Source: Octopus sinensis
Taxonomy: Eukaryota
Assembly (NCBI RefSeq): GCF_006345805.1
Contig: NC_043002.1
Span: 66,464,001 to 66,528,000, forward strand
Direction of reading: 5' to 3'
DNA length: 64,000 bases
Part shown: one piece after another, positions 50,486 through 62,505 of the stretch
Layout of the letters: each line of letters begins with the position of its first letter
Position numbering within the stretch: the stretch's first letter is position 1
Program-made: the position numbers and the translations under genes
The notes under the pieces: model-generated
Database searches by the model: none
What the model was told of the DNA's origin: nothing
Seen by the model: only the letters and a program-made list of their open reading frames with translations

Positions 50486-50829
50486 CACATCATATATGAT
50501 GTGATGTGTAAAGTCGTGTGGTGTAGTGAGGAGAAGAGGGGGAGAGAAGGGGAGGGGAAGAAGAGGGGGAGGAGAGGGGGAAGAGGAGAGGATGGGGGAG
50601 AGAGAGGAGGGGAGAAGGAAGGGGAGGAGGGGAGGAAGGAGGAAAGAGGGAGAGGGGGAGAGAGAAGGGGAGTGAGGGAGTGAGGAGCAGAGGGAAGGGG
50701 AAGAGGGAAGGAGGGAGGGAGAAAGAGGGAAGAAGGGAAGGGGAGTAGGGGTGAAAGGATGAAGGACTGAAGAAGTAGGGGTCGGGGGGAAAGGATAGGT
50801 GAGGAGGGGGGAGAGGGGGGTTAGATGAG

Positions 50830-51082
50830 GAGGGGGGAGAGTTGAGACCAAATGGCGTATAAGAGCGAAGAGAGAAGATTAATTCCTGTTCACGGCGCAA
50901 ACGGGAATCCGGATGGCCTCTGTGTAAGGACAAACCGAACACAGATAGGTGTTGCAAGGAGTGACCGGTGGAGCGGAAATGGCGTGAGACCGGTGTGTCG
51001 TTCGCAAGGTGGATGTCACGAAGGTGTTCCGCGAACCGGTCAGCCAAGCGGCGTCCCGTTTGTCCGATGTACAAGGAATTGC
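50830..51082 (-). pseudogene. GIY-YIG endonuclease C-terminal part (PLE)
   Basis: CNSLYIGQTGRRLADRFAEHLRDI...PVSRHF...H..........RLRREQELIFSLRSYTPFGLN has the YIG, R..EH, HF, catalytic E and GLN motifs; the GIY half is truncated. Confidence 0.92.
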
Positions 51083-51083
51083 A

Positions 51084-51132
<49 letters not shown>

Positions 51133-51187
51133 CGTATATATAATTACTAAATGAATAAATATTCGAAAATATTTATATAGATATTAT

Positions 51188-51466
51188 TATTACCTTCACC
51201 TTAGCGAAGGCGGAAGTATTGTTTTCAGTTGTGTTTGTTACTTTGTCCGTGGACAAAATATCTCAAGAACCGCTTGATGGACTCGGATGAAACTTTCAGG
51301 GATGTTTGGCCTCGTGACTAGTACGAGCTGATTAGATTTTGGGATCGATATAGTACCAGACAAGGATTCTACATTATTTTTCTCCCATTTTAAAATCATC
51401 TCTGGCTAATCATTGAGAGGACGTTGATGTTGCCTTGGCGGAGGTTTGCGCTCTCTGAGTACTCGT
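51188..51466 (+). mobile_element. HINE (Helentron-associated, DINE-1-like) element
   Basis: 5' ACCTTCACC..GGCGGAAGT hairpin, core AAAATATCTCAAGAACCGCTTGATGGA..TGAAACTTT, 3' subTIR GGCGGAGGT and terminal stem-loop GCGCTCTCTGAGTAC. Confidence 0.85.
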
Positions 51467-52378
51467 TATTATTATTAGTAGTAGTAAAATGAATAATAGC
51501 AACAATAATATAATTGGCCAGAAAGCAAAAGCCGATAAATGGCAAATCCAAAATTTTATAATTAATTTATAATTATAATTATAATTCATAATTATAATAG
51601 GGCACACGTGGTGCCAGCATTGCTGTGAAAATCAGAGTCGAAAAATCCCCTAAAAGTAAAAAAAGAACACCAGTCAATAAAAATGTAACAAGCGCAGCAG
51701 AAATCGGGTCACGAGCAGAAAACCATAGAATAAGGAAATAGATATTCCTGGATCAATTGATTTCGAATTTTGAGAGCTTACCTCCCTTAATTCTCATCAG
51801 CAAGTCTCACTGTATACCTAAGATATATAGACATAGATAAATAGCTTGCTAGATAGATAGATACATGCATGCATGCATACGTACATACATACATACACAT
51901 ACATACATACATACATACATACATACATACATACATACATACATACATAATACATACATACATACATACACACATACACATATATGAAGAATGAAGGCAT
52001 ATCATTGATGAGGTCACGAATAGCAATGGATGGACTTTGACAGAAAAAAAACAACAGCCGCTTGTTCAAGCAACGCATTAAATAAACCATTGGATAGTTA
52101 GTAAAATGAGGAAATGGTATTGAACCCGTGCGTGTGTTTGTTTAAATTTTTATTGGCATAATAATCCCCCTTGGGCACAACGAGATTTGTTTCAACACAA
52201 ATTCACAGAGTACCGAAAGCATACGCTCCGCTGGGCCGGACATGTCGCAAGATCCACAGGCAACAGGTGAACCCGTGTGGTTGCCGAGTGGTATCCAAAG
52301 TATCGAAGAATGCCACTTAGAAGGCCTCTATGTATATATATGTATAACAAATATGTTATATATATATGTGTATATATG

Positions 52379-52429
<51 letters not shown>

Positions 52430-52673
52430 TGTCAATTTGTAAAGTCATTCACTCGTGAATTTCATTACAAACGACATGGACCAAATTTCTTCTTAAGAAA
52501 AAATATATGTTCATATAAATTAAACATTATATCATGAATAGCGATTGCGAAACCGGTCGATATATTAAAAATTATATCAAAACCATGTAAGTGTGCGTAT
52601 TTTCCTTTTTTAATTTGTTATATACATTACAATCCACTACGTGGAGACAACCGAAATTCCTTTTTTCTGTTAC

Positions 52674-52714
<41 letters not shown>

Positions 52715-52875
52715 AGGTGGCTGTGTGGTAAGATGCTTGTTTCCCAATCACATAGTTCCGGGTTCAGTCCTACTGCGTGGCACCTTGGGCAAATGTCTTC
52801 TACTAGAGTCTCTGACTAACCAAAACCCTTGTGAGTGGATCTGGTATACGGACACTGAAAGAAGCCCGTCGTATA

Positions 52876-52925
<50 letters not shown>

Positions 52926-53130
52926 CGTGTGTCTGTGTTTGTCCCCACCATCGCTTGACAACCGATATTGGTTGTTTACATCGTCATAACTTAGTCGTTC
53001 GGCAAAAGTCACCGATAGAATAAGTACTAGGCTTACAAAGAATAAGTTCTGGGGTCGATTTGTTCGACTAGAGGCGGTGCTCCAGTATAGCCACAGTCAA
53101 ATGACTCAAATATATAAAATAATATAAGAA
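52715..53130 (+). mobile_element. SINE family A
   Basis: Near consensus. Confidence 0.92.
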
Positions 53131-53180
53131 TAAAATAATATTTATATTTATATATATATGTGTATGTGTGTGTATATGTA

Positions 53181-53218
<38 letters not shown>

Positions 53219-53949
53219 TATCTATCTATCGATCTATCGATCTATCTATATATATGTGTGTGTGTGTGTGCGTGTGTGTGTGTGTATGTATAACCAAAAA
53301 GAAACAGCAAAACAAGTGTAGTTTTGTCCACACTACAGAAAAAGAACCAAAAAAGGTCAGATGACCGTTAAACATGGAAATAAGGAGAAAACAAAAGAGA
53401 ATGACTGAAAGAGAAAGAAAGAGAGAGAAGGAGGGAGAAAGAGGCGGCTAGAGGAGAATAGAGAGAGAAAGAAAGGAAGAGAAAGAAAGAGAGAGTAATA
53501 GTAGTAGATGAAGATGGAGAAGGCAGGAGAAGAAAGAAAGAAGAATTGTGAAAATCAGAACACTTCAGACGTGATTTTGTTTGTGACTTAGATTTTATCT
53601 CAGATAGGATTTACTGAGATAATTAATTTTGCCTCCAAATGACATTTACAGTCGACATCATCTACACGTCTTTTGATTGAGTTTGTTGCCATATATTGCA
53701 TGTGATAGATATTTGATTCAATTGATGCTTAATAGGAACATCGTGACATTGATGGATAACATCTACCCTAAAAAGATTATTTGGAAGATTGTCAGAAAAT
53801 ATTGACACGATCATCTAGAATCTTCACCTTTTCCCACTTTATTTTACTTAAATTAGTGAGAGATGCTTACTAAGGTTAAAAACAGTACAATGGTGGTATT
53901 ATGTAATATCCCTTTGTCCAAACGATAACAAGTGATTCATATATTAATC

Positions 53950-54008
53950 ATACATACATACAAACATAAAAACACATACATATATGCATGTATATACACA
54001 TATGAATA

Positions 54009-54082
<74 letters not shown>

Positions 54083-54311
54083 GATATATATGTATGGGTT
54101 TATATATATATGTATAAATATGTATATATACATGCATATACACGTTTAAATTATGTATGTATGAATATATATATACACATATGTATATGTATATCTATAT
54201 ATATTTGTATATGGGTAATATAATATATATATATGTAAGTGTATGAGAGAGTTGCTATGTAAAACACATGGTTAGATGTATGTTGTATGTATGATATATA
54301 TATATATACAC

Positions 54312-54356
<45 letters not shown>

Positions 54357-54412
54357 TATGTGTGTGTGTGGTGTGTACATAGATACATACATACATGCAT
54401 ACACACGTATAA

Positions 54413-54475
<63 letters not shown>

Positions 54476-54478
54476 TAT
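53950..54478. repeat. (TA)-rich low-complexity tract
   Basis: Direct reading. Confidence 0.9.
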
Positions 54479-54865
54479 AACATTATTGGTGAATTGAAGA
54501 AATGGACTGAACGCGATTGAACAAAATCGTTTTATTTCATTCTACACGTGTTTCGAAAGGCCAATTCCAAAATCCGATGAATAATGGGACATATTGTGTC
54601 TTTCTCTTCTCAATCGGATTTTGTAATTTGTGCCTTTCGAAACACGTGTAGAATGAATAAGAAAACGATTTCTGTTCATCTCTGCGTTCACTCCATTTCT
54701 TCAATTCACCATAATGTTTTAATTTCAATTATCCGACCAACGCACGGTTGCAACGCCAGATGGTTTACCTCCAACCTGCTGTTTACTGCTGTGATTTTTG
54801 CTACTAGGTATCGTAAACTGTTGATTAATCTACTACAAGATTATTCATCTTTCTATTTCACATAA
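54479..54865 (+). mobile_element. PLE-type terminal repeat with an inverted partial duplicate (about 100-bp arms)
   Basis: 54479-54580 is the reverse complement of 54611-54718, and each arm carries the hammerhead 3' half GAAA-CACGTG-TA. Confidence 0.6.
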
Positions 54866-54988
54866 TATATATATATATATATATTGATAGAAATGGTAAG
54901 ACAACAAATAAATGAAAGAGACCTCGATATTATGTAAATAGAGGAATTTATCTGTAAAAATAATATGTGACAGTTATTCGGTAGCCAT

Positions 54989-55049
54989 GATAAAACTCCG
55001 AGTTTCGGATGTCAGGGCGGAAACCCACGCCGCCATCTCTTCAGTTATC
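54989..55049 (-). ncRNA. type I hammerhead ribozyme in a short insert (about 54885-55070)
   Basis: Reverse complement reads GATAA-CTGAAGA-GATGGCGG...CCGCC.CTGA.CATC-C-GAAA-CTC-G-GAG-TT-TTATC: canonical core, 5-bp helix I, extended helix II and palindromic helix III. Confidence 0.75.
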
Positions 55050-55184
55050 GGGCCATCGAAAAAAAATTATGTATATATCTATCCTTATATTTGTATATGT
55101 GTTTATATATAGTAATATAAATAATACATATATATGCATATATACATACATGTACATACTTACATAAATATGCGCATGCTTATA

Positions 55185-55750
55185 TGGGTACAAGATGTCA
55201 AAAAACGTAAACAACATGAAAAAAGAGAATATAAATTACAAAAATATAGAAAAGGAACTTTTTTTGAACAAGGAAAGAAACAAATAGAAAAACGAGACAG
55301 GCAACATAAAGAACAATCCCTTCAGTTGTCCACTGTTTTATCTACTCCGCATTTCGAGCGCTAGGACAAGATGCGTCTTCGTCAAAAGAGTCGCTCCCGC
55401 AAAGCAAATTAAATAAAATTTGGGATTTGCGGAGGGTCAAAGCTGGTAACAAAAACGGGACAGTTAAAACAAACGGTAAGGACAGTTAAGACATAACGAG
55501 GTGAAGTGGTGAACGCCGGAGAACAAGCTTTGACAAGAGACAGACAAAAATGCATGCTATCCTTTGGAGGTAAACGAGAAGGGAGAAAGAAATTCGAGTT
55601 AGAAGAGAGATGGCCGCTGGTCATGTGTGAGCACCGATAGAGTCAAGGAGGAAGTGTGACGGAGAGAGAAGGACAGATAGAGGATGATGAAGGGGAGAAG
55701 AATTAGAGAAAGGGTGGGAGAGTAAAAAAGAATATACAAAGTGATAAATG
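55185..55750 (-). mobile_element. unclassified interspersed repeat, possibly a PLE 3' end
   Basis: Sharp microsatellite flanks; degenerate TTGACGAA-GACGC..GCGCTC-GAAA on minus at 55344-55392. Confidence 0.4.
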
Positions 55751-55816
55751 TGTATACATACATATATGCATGCATACATACATACATACATACATACATA
55801 CATACATACATACATA

Positions 55817-57074
55817 CAGGGTTTGGATAAAATAATGGAAACTCCTTAAAATTTCAAACAAATTTATTTTGAAATGGGGTAGGACCGCCTTTGGCAGTAA
55901 TTACAGCTTGAATTCTACGAGGCATGGACTCGTACAAAGTTTGAATTGTTTCCAAAGAAATTTTTGTGCATTCTTCAGTTAAAACAGTCTCCAGTTCTTA
56001 TAATGATATGATGGAGGATATCGACTCCTTACTTGTTTTTCTAAGATGCACCATAAATGTTTAATAATATTGAGAACTGGGGACTGTGGTGGCCAGATAA
56101 GATGTTCAACTTCACTAGTTGTGCCATTCAGTAACAACTTTAGCTGTGTGAATTGGTGCATTATCATCCTGAAAGATTGTGTTTCCCTCCGGAAACAGTT
56201 CCGCAACCAAGGATAAATTTGTTCAGATAAAATGCTTAAATAGTCTTGACTATCAATTCTGCCATGAAGGAAAACCATTGAGCTGGTAGATTTTCAAGAT
56301 ATAGCCCCCTTCCATCCCCAATCATCATAGATCCTCTTCCATGTTTAACAGTTGGAAGAAGGCAGTCTGGGTCAAATGCTTCTTTTGGCTATCTCCACAC
56401 GTATACTCAGCCGGTGGTCAGAAATACGGTAAAGGATGACTCGTCCGAGAAAATAACATTCTTCCACTGCTCCAGGGACCAATTCTGTAGGTTTTTACTC
56501 CACTCTAATGGCTTTGCAACGTGTGTTTTTGAAAGTAGAGGTTTTCTGATTGCAACCCTCCCATGAAATCCGGCTTTGTGCAGATCCCCGCGAACAGATT
56601 TTGTGGAAACTGGGTTCTCGAGGTGGTCATTAAGCTCTGCAGTAATTTTGGGAGCTGTACTTTTGTGATCCTTTCTAACAATTCGCTTAAGAGTCCGACG
56701 GTCCCCATCTGAAAGTTTTGGTTTTCTTCTGGAGTTTTGTTTCGACGAGGAGGTTTTTCCCTCTTCCTCAAAGGTTGTCATTACTTTCGAGACAGTACTT
56801 CTTGATACACCAGACATTTCGGCTGTTTTCGTTACGTTAGCGCCTGCCATACGAGCGCCAACAATTTGACCTCTTTGAACGTCCGATAGACTTTTAACGA
56901 ATTTTAATTACCTTTTTCTGATGATATCTGAAAAGAAACAGCAATTTTAGCAAATCATATTAAGCAGCACTAATAATAAATATAAAAAAAAAACAAGCTT
57001 TTGACGGTTTTATAGATACTTCAAAATTATGATGCTATGATGCTAGGTGTTTCCATTATTTTGTTCAACCTCTG
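55817..57074 (-). mobile_element. Tc1-family DNA transposon, full span (1258 bp)
   Basis: TA-flanked TIRs CAGGGTTTGGATAAAATAATGGAAACTCC / GGTGTTTCCATTATTTTGTTCAACCTCTG. Confidence 0.95.
55880..56895 (-). pseudogene. Tc1 transposase, disrupted by stops and frameshifts
   Basis: QRGQIVGARMAGANVTKTA..VSRSTVSKV..RKPKLS..RKPLLS..WKNVIFSDESSF..TVKHG..FQDDNAPIH..WPPQSPVLNIIKHLW. Confidence 0.93.
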
Positions 57075-58637
57075 TATATATACAGATACATACGTATACA
57101 CATACATTCATACATACACGTGTATGTACGAGGGTGTGTGTTCTTTTATTAGCTTATTCTTTTAATAATTGTCGCGGTCATTCCACTGCGGGTGTGCTAT
57201 AACACCGTCTTAATGGCTGTAGTCGATGAAATCAACTAAAGTGCTCACTTTTATGTTTAGTAGTTATTTCATCGTGCTCTTTTTGCCGAAGCGCTTGGTT
57301 GCTGGGATGTAAACAGCAAGGAGCTGTTATCAGCCGTTAAGATGCAAAAAGAAAGACGTGCCTACATACTCACTGTCCATTTCTCTCTCTCCTTCCATCT
57401 ATCCCACTCTATCTCTCTCTCATACACACATACACACACACAAACTCATATACCCACACATACAGAGACTCATAACTTCGCACACATACACACACACACA
57501 CATACACACACACACACACACACATACACACACACTCTCTCTCTCTCTCTTGTTCTCTCGCGCAAACACACACACATACTCACACACATACACATACGAC
57601 GAACTTCTGGAGAACAAAGAAACAAATCAGTCTTATACAACATGAACTAAGTATATACACTTCAATTACAGAAGGAATAAATTTTTTGTCAAATAGACTA
57701 TTAACAGTAAAGCTAAAAACAATATGTATTACACTCAACCACAAACTAACAATACAAATATAATACAAAACCGACGGATGTAAAAGACTCCTCATCACAA
57801 AACCACAAGTTCACGAGCAACACAATGATTGCTGAGTTATACAGGCGGGAAAGTTGCAAACTTGACGACTCCGACTGTTACATCGGACAAGTAAAACTAC
57901 TTTTTCGTCCATTTCCAATGTATTTATAGATGGAGTCATTGCAGTGCTTTACAATATAGAACATAAAATAAAATAAAATAGGAGAAAGTAATGGAATAGA
58001 TCACAAAACCTTTATATATAGTATAATTTAAAAGAATTAGAATATTTACTATGGAAACAGACAGACACTACACTTAAGTAATAAGAAGCTAAAAGTTATT
58101 GATCGCTGAAAGTAATTTGAAGTATACAGTTAAATGTTTATATATTCATCAAGGTTGATATATCTTCAGTAATTCTTGCTCACAATAAAATGGCAGTAAA
58201 AAGTACCATTAATTACCACTTCAACCAGAAGGTAAGACCGAGAAAATATGGATACTTTCTTCGATTTACGTTTATATACATACATGCATTCATACATACA
58301 TGCGTACATATATACATACATACATGCATGTATGCTTACATACATACATATGCATACATACATGCATGCATACATACATATGTATACGTGCATTCATACA
58401 TATATACATATGCATACGTGCATACATATGCATACATATATACATACATATGTATACACATATGCATGCACACACACACACACTCACATATATATATATA
58501 TATATATCGATGTTTCACCATGATTATGTGAGTAGGGAGATTTCCCAGGACGCTATCCCGCAGCAAATGGGCGTGTAAACAATAGACATATATTACGTAT
58601 GTGAGACCGATAATGCTTACATTATTAGGGCTGCTTA

Positions 58638-59035
58638 AGGCGGCGAGCTGGCAGAAACGTTAGCGCGCCGGGCGAAATGCTTACCGGTATTTCGTCTGCC
58701 ACTGCGTTCTGAGTTCAAATTCCGCCGAGGTCGACTTTGCCTTTCATCCTTTCGGGGTCGATTAAATAAGTACCAGTTACGCAATGGGGTCGATATAATC
58801 GACTTAATCCGTTTGTCTGTCCTTGTTTGTCCTCTCTGTGTTTAGCCCCTTGTGGGTAGTAAAGAAATTGGTATTTTGTCTGCCGCTACGTTCTGAGTTC
58901 AAATTCCGCCGAGGTCGACTTTGCCTTTCATCCTTTAGGGGTCGATAAAATAAGTACTAGTAGAACACTAGGGTCGATGTAATCGACTCATCCCCTCCAC
59001 AAAATTGCTGCCCTTGTGGAAAAATTTGAAACCAT
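58638..59035 (+). mobile_element. SINE family B dimer
   Basis: Near-consensus head GGCGGCGAGCTGGCAGAAACG; two Nin domains with two different tails. Confidence 0.92.
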
Positions 59036-60191
59036 CATTAGCGATATTTTTCTTTCGTAATTTGATTTTGTTTTACATGTGCTTCACCGCAGCACATCAG
59101 CAAAAAAACTTCACACTATTCACATATATGTTCCAGACTGGCGATTCATTTCGTTTCGATGAGTTTCGAGTACATGATACGGATGAACCTCAGTAATCGC
59201 AAAATATCGATATCTATTATTCTCGTTCATCTCGATGCGAGTTGTCTCACCTGGTCTGGGACATTCAGCATTCTCTATTACTCGGCATCAGGGAGCTTTT
59301 CCAGGACGCTGTCCCGCAGCAAATGACTGTATAAATAAAGTCATACACTTTGTATGTCAACCGATAATGCTTACATGTATCTATAAATATGTGCGAATTC
59401 TGCATGAATTAGGAAACGGTGACGAATGAAATTTTGGAAATAGAATTATAAGTCTTCGCCATATATTTGTTATAGGAAATAGTCAAATATTAGAACGTAT
59501 AAACACCTACAACAGAAAAGAATTGCATTAATACACGTGGGAATCGATCGTTTCGATTCTTGAACTGGGAACCGTAGTGTTCTTCTTGAACAAAAGACTT
59601 CATGTCACGTTGCTCTACAATCATATCGACATCTGACGTGCGGGTACAACGTCAACTTGTACAGGCAATGTCGATTTGGTGGCGGGATTGAGTTAATATT
59701 TGATCACATGTGCAAGTTAGTCAGTAAGAGGCCCATAGAATCCTCATCTATCGTTTACAATAGGAGAGCCAACATTTCTCTGTATCTGTTTGTCCGCGAG
59801 TTTTCTTTCCATTCGCATATTGTGACCCACCATGTTTTAAGCAATCAAACTTTTCGTTGTAATATTTACCAGCTCAGCGATATTTTTCAATCACTGGCTC
59901 ATCTAGAGGAGTGATACTATGGCATAAACGGGCCGAAACTAGATTAATTTAGGACTTTTCCGTGTCCATTTATCCTTTTCTGCTAGCCGTTTCCATGTCA
60001 TTTAACCATTATTTATATTACGTAACCAAATATATGAAATGTATGTGTGTTTGGAATTACAAACAAGATTTTAAATTATTCTCATTACATACAGGAGAAT
60101 GTTCGTGAGCGTATATGTATGAATGTATGCCTGTGTGTGTGACTGTGTTTGTGTATGCGAGCGTATGCGTAAGCGTATATATATATATATA

Positions 60192-60598
60192 TAGGCACAT
60201 GAGTGGCTGTGTAGTAAGTAACTTGCTTACCAACCGCATGGTTCCGGGTTCAGTCCCATTGCGTGGCACCTTAGGCAAGTGTCTTCTGCTATAGCCTCGG
60301 GCCGACCAAAGCTTTGTGAGTGGATTTGGTAGACGGAAACTGAAAGAAACCCGTCGTATATATGTATATATATATATATGTATGTGTGTTGTGTGTGGGT
60401 GTTTGTGTGTTGTTTTGTCCCCCCAACAACGATGCTGGTGTGTTTACGTCCCCGTAACTTAGCGGTTCGGCAAAAGAGACCGATAGAATAAGTACTAGGC
60501 TTACAAAGAATAAGTCCTGGGGTCGATTTCCTCGACCAAAGGCGGTGCCCCAGCATGGCCGCAGTCAAATGACTGAAACAAGTAAAAGAGTAAAAGGG
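60192..60598 (+). mobile_element. SINE family A, full length
   Basis: Near consensus. Confidence 0.93.
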
Positions 60599-61082
60599 TA
60601 TATATATATATGCGTCTGCGCGTGTATGTATATACGTTTACGTACGAACTTATATTCATACAAATATCCATTCTAATTCTCATATAAAAACAGTATCAAG
60701 ACTTTTCCCTCTTCAGTTACCTTCAGCAATTTCCATCTTACACAGCGAGACGACCGTATCTTGACGTATATATATATATATATATGTTTATGTGTGTGTG
60801 TGTATGTATGTACACACACACAAACACACACACATATAATAATGACTCTTATTCGTTCTTCCCGTAGTTTTCGTGCTTACAAAGAACTTCAAAATTAATT
60901 TTACATTCGTCAAACGCAGTTTTAATTACATTTATCGTTAAGTATGTTTCATTAAAATCCTTGGAAATATAACAATTGCGCTGAACATATTTTAGTAGAC
61001 GCCAGCTTAATGAAATGGTTTCTAATTGAAGAATTCTCTGTTTCTTAGATGCCAAATACTGCGTTGTTTTTAATTCATTCAT

Positions 61083-61310
61083 CCCTCCTCCTCCTCCTCC
61101 TTCTTCTTCTTCTTCTTCTTCTTCTTCTTCTTCTTCTTCTTCTTCTTCTTCTTCTCCTTCTTCTTCTTCTTCTTCTTCTTCTTCTTCTTCTTCTTCTTCT
61201 CCTCCTCCTTCTTCTTCTTCTTCTCCTCCTTCTTCTTCTTCTTCTTCTTCTTCTTCTTCTTCTTCTTCCTACTCCTCCTCCGCTGCCCCCTCCTCCTCCT
61301 CCTCCTGCCA
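61083..61310. repeat. (CTT/CCT)n microsatellite
   Basis: Direct reading. Confidence 0.95.
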
Positions 61311-61564
61311 ATATAGTTGTTGGCGTGGTGGCAGAATCGTCATTGCGCAGGACAAAATGCGTAGCGACATTTCTGTTGGCAATACGTTCTGAGTTCAAAT
61401 TCCCCCACACACGCACACACATTCACATATGTGTGTGTATATTATATATATATATATATAGATATATATATATATATATTATATATATTCATGTATATAC
61501 ACATACATACACACATACATATATATATATGTATATATGTATATAATATATATAAGGTATGAAT

Positions 61565-61778
61565 TGTGGTTTTGTGTCTGCGTTTGTCCCTCCATCATCG
61601 CTTGACAACCGATGTTGGTGTGCTTACGTCCCCGTCGCTTAAGGGTTCACCAAAAAGAGACGGCGATAGAATAAGTACTAGGTTTACAAAGAATAAGTCC
61701 TGGGGTCTATTTGTTCGACTAAAGGCGGTGCTCCAGCATGGCCGCAGTCAAATGACTGAAACGAATAAAAGAATATAA
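61565..61778 (+). mobile_element. SINE family A 3' half
   Basis: Tail consensus. Confidence 0.88.
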
Positions 61779-61929
61779 GATGCTAGATTTTTATCCTCTC
61801 TTTCGCTTGTATTGATATGGTTGCTTTCCATTTCGACATGGTATGATTGTTATACTGTCACGGTATTGGGGTTAGATAATGGAGATCAAAATTGTAAAGA
61901 CACTGGATGAAATACCTTACAGTATATAG

Positions 61930-61957
61930 TGACGTCGCTAAAGGAGTGACGTCACTC
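61930..61957. promoter_or_regulatory. paired CRE-like sites
   Basis: TGACGTCG at 61930 and a full TGACGTCA within the 14-bp palindrome GAGTGACGTCACTC (61944-61957). Confidence 0.3.
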
Positions 61958-62505
61958 ACTCGAAATCCTTCGGCGTCTGCTTTGCATTTCATCGTGTCGA
62001 GTTTAGTAGAGTAAATACCATTAAGGCATAGCGTGTCAATCAAACAAACCCCCGCCTCTTAGATGATGTATCATTGTGAATTCATAAAAATCTACACCAC
62101 TCTACAACATCACCACAACCACAACACACCACCACACACCACCACCACCATCATCATCCACACCATCATCATCATCATCATCATCATTATTATTAATTAT
62201 TATTATTATTATTATCATATTTTTAAAAAGTATTGACTAACTCTTCACAAGGTAAACAGTCAAGACGAAGAGCGCGATTCGATTGTAAGATATTTATTAG
62301 TTGAACGATATTTCACAGTACGTCTGTGTCAAGTTAAAATAAGACAAAATAGAAGTGCTAAATTTAAATTGCAGAAATTTAAACGACCACACTTTATGTC
62401 GTCTCTGTATTGTCCCCTATCTTCTTGCACTTTTGGCAAATAAATGCATGAAATCGGTATTATGATTATTATTATTATTATATTATTATTAGTATTATTA
62501 TATTA

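Larger units (their letters stand above)
49841..51082 (-). mobile_element. 5'-truncated Penelope-like element (GIY-YIG end, 3' UTR, pLTR with hammerhead-like motif)
   Basis: GIY-YIG peptide at 51082-50830, then a pyrimidine-rich tract (minus strand), a minisatellite and a terminal repeat shared with 2983 and 15045; (TA)n on both sides. Confidence 0.88.

Noticed and set aside
50490-50830. Proline/serine-rich C-terminal extension of the GIY-YIG ORF
   Set aside because: It is read-through into a low-complexity pyrimidine tract of the 3' UTR, probably after loss of the natural stop near ...GLN.
52150-52325. GC-richer segment with AATAAA on minus, a possible terminal exon
   Set aside because: The translations are unrecognisable and the acceptor site is weak; it may be a repeat fragment.
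55344-55392. Hammerhead-like TTGACGAA..GAAA on minus
   Set aside because: There is no NUH triplet or helix III after GAAA, so it is at best a decayed relic.
61049-61546. Poly-Leu and poly-Arg ORFs
   Set aside because: They derive from the (CTT)n microsatellite.
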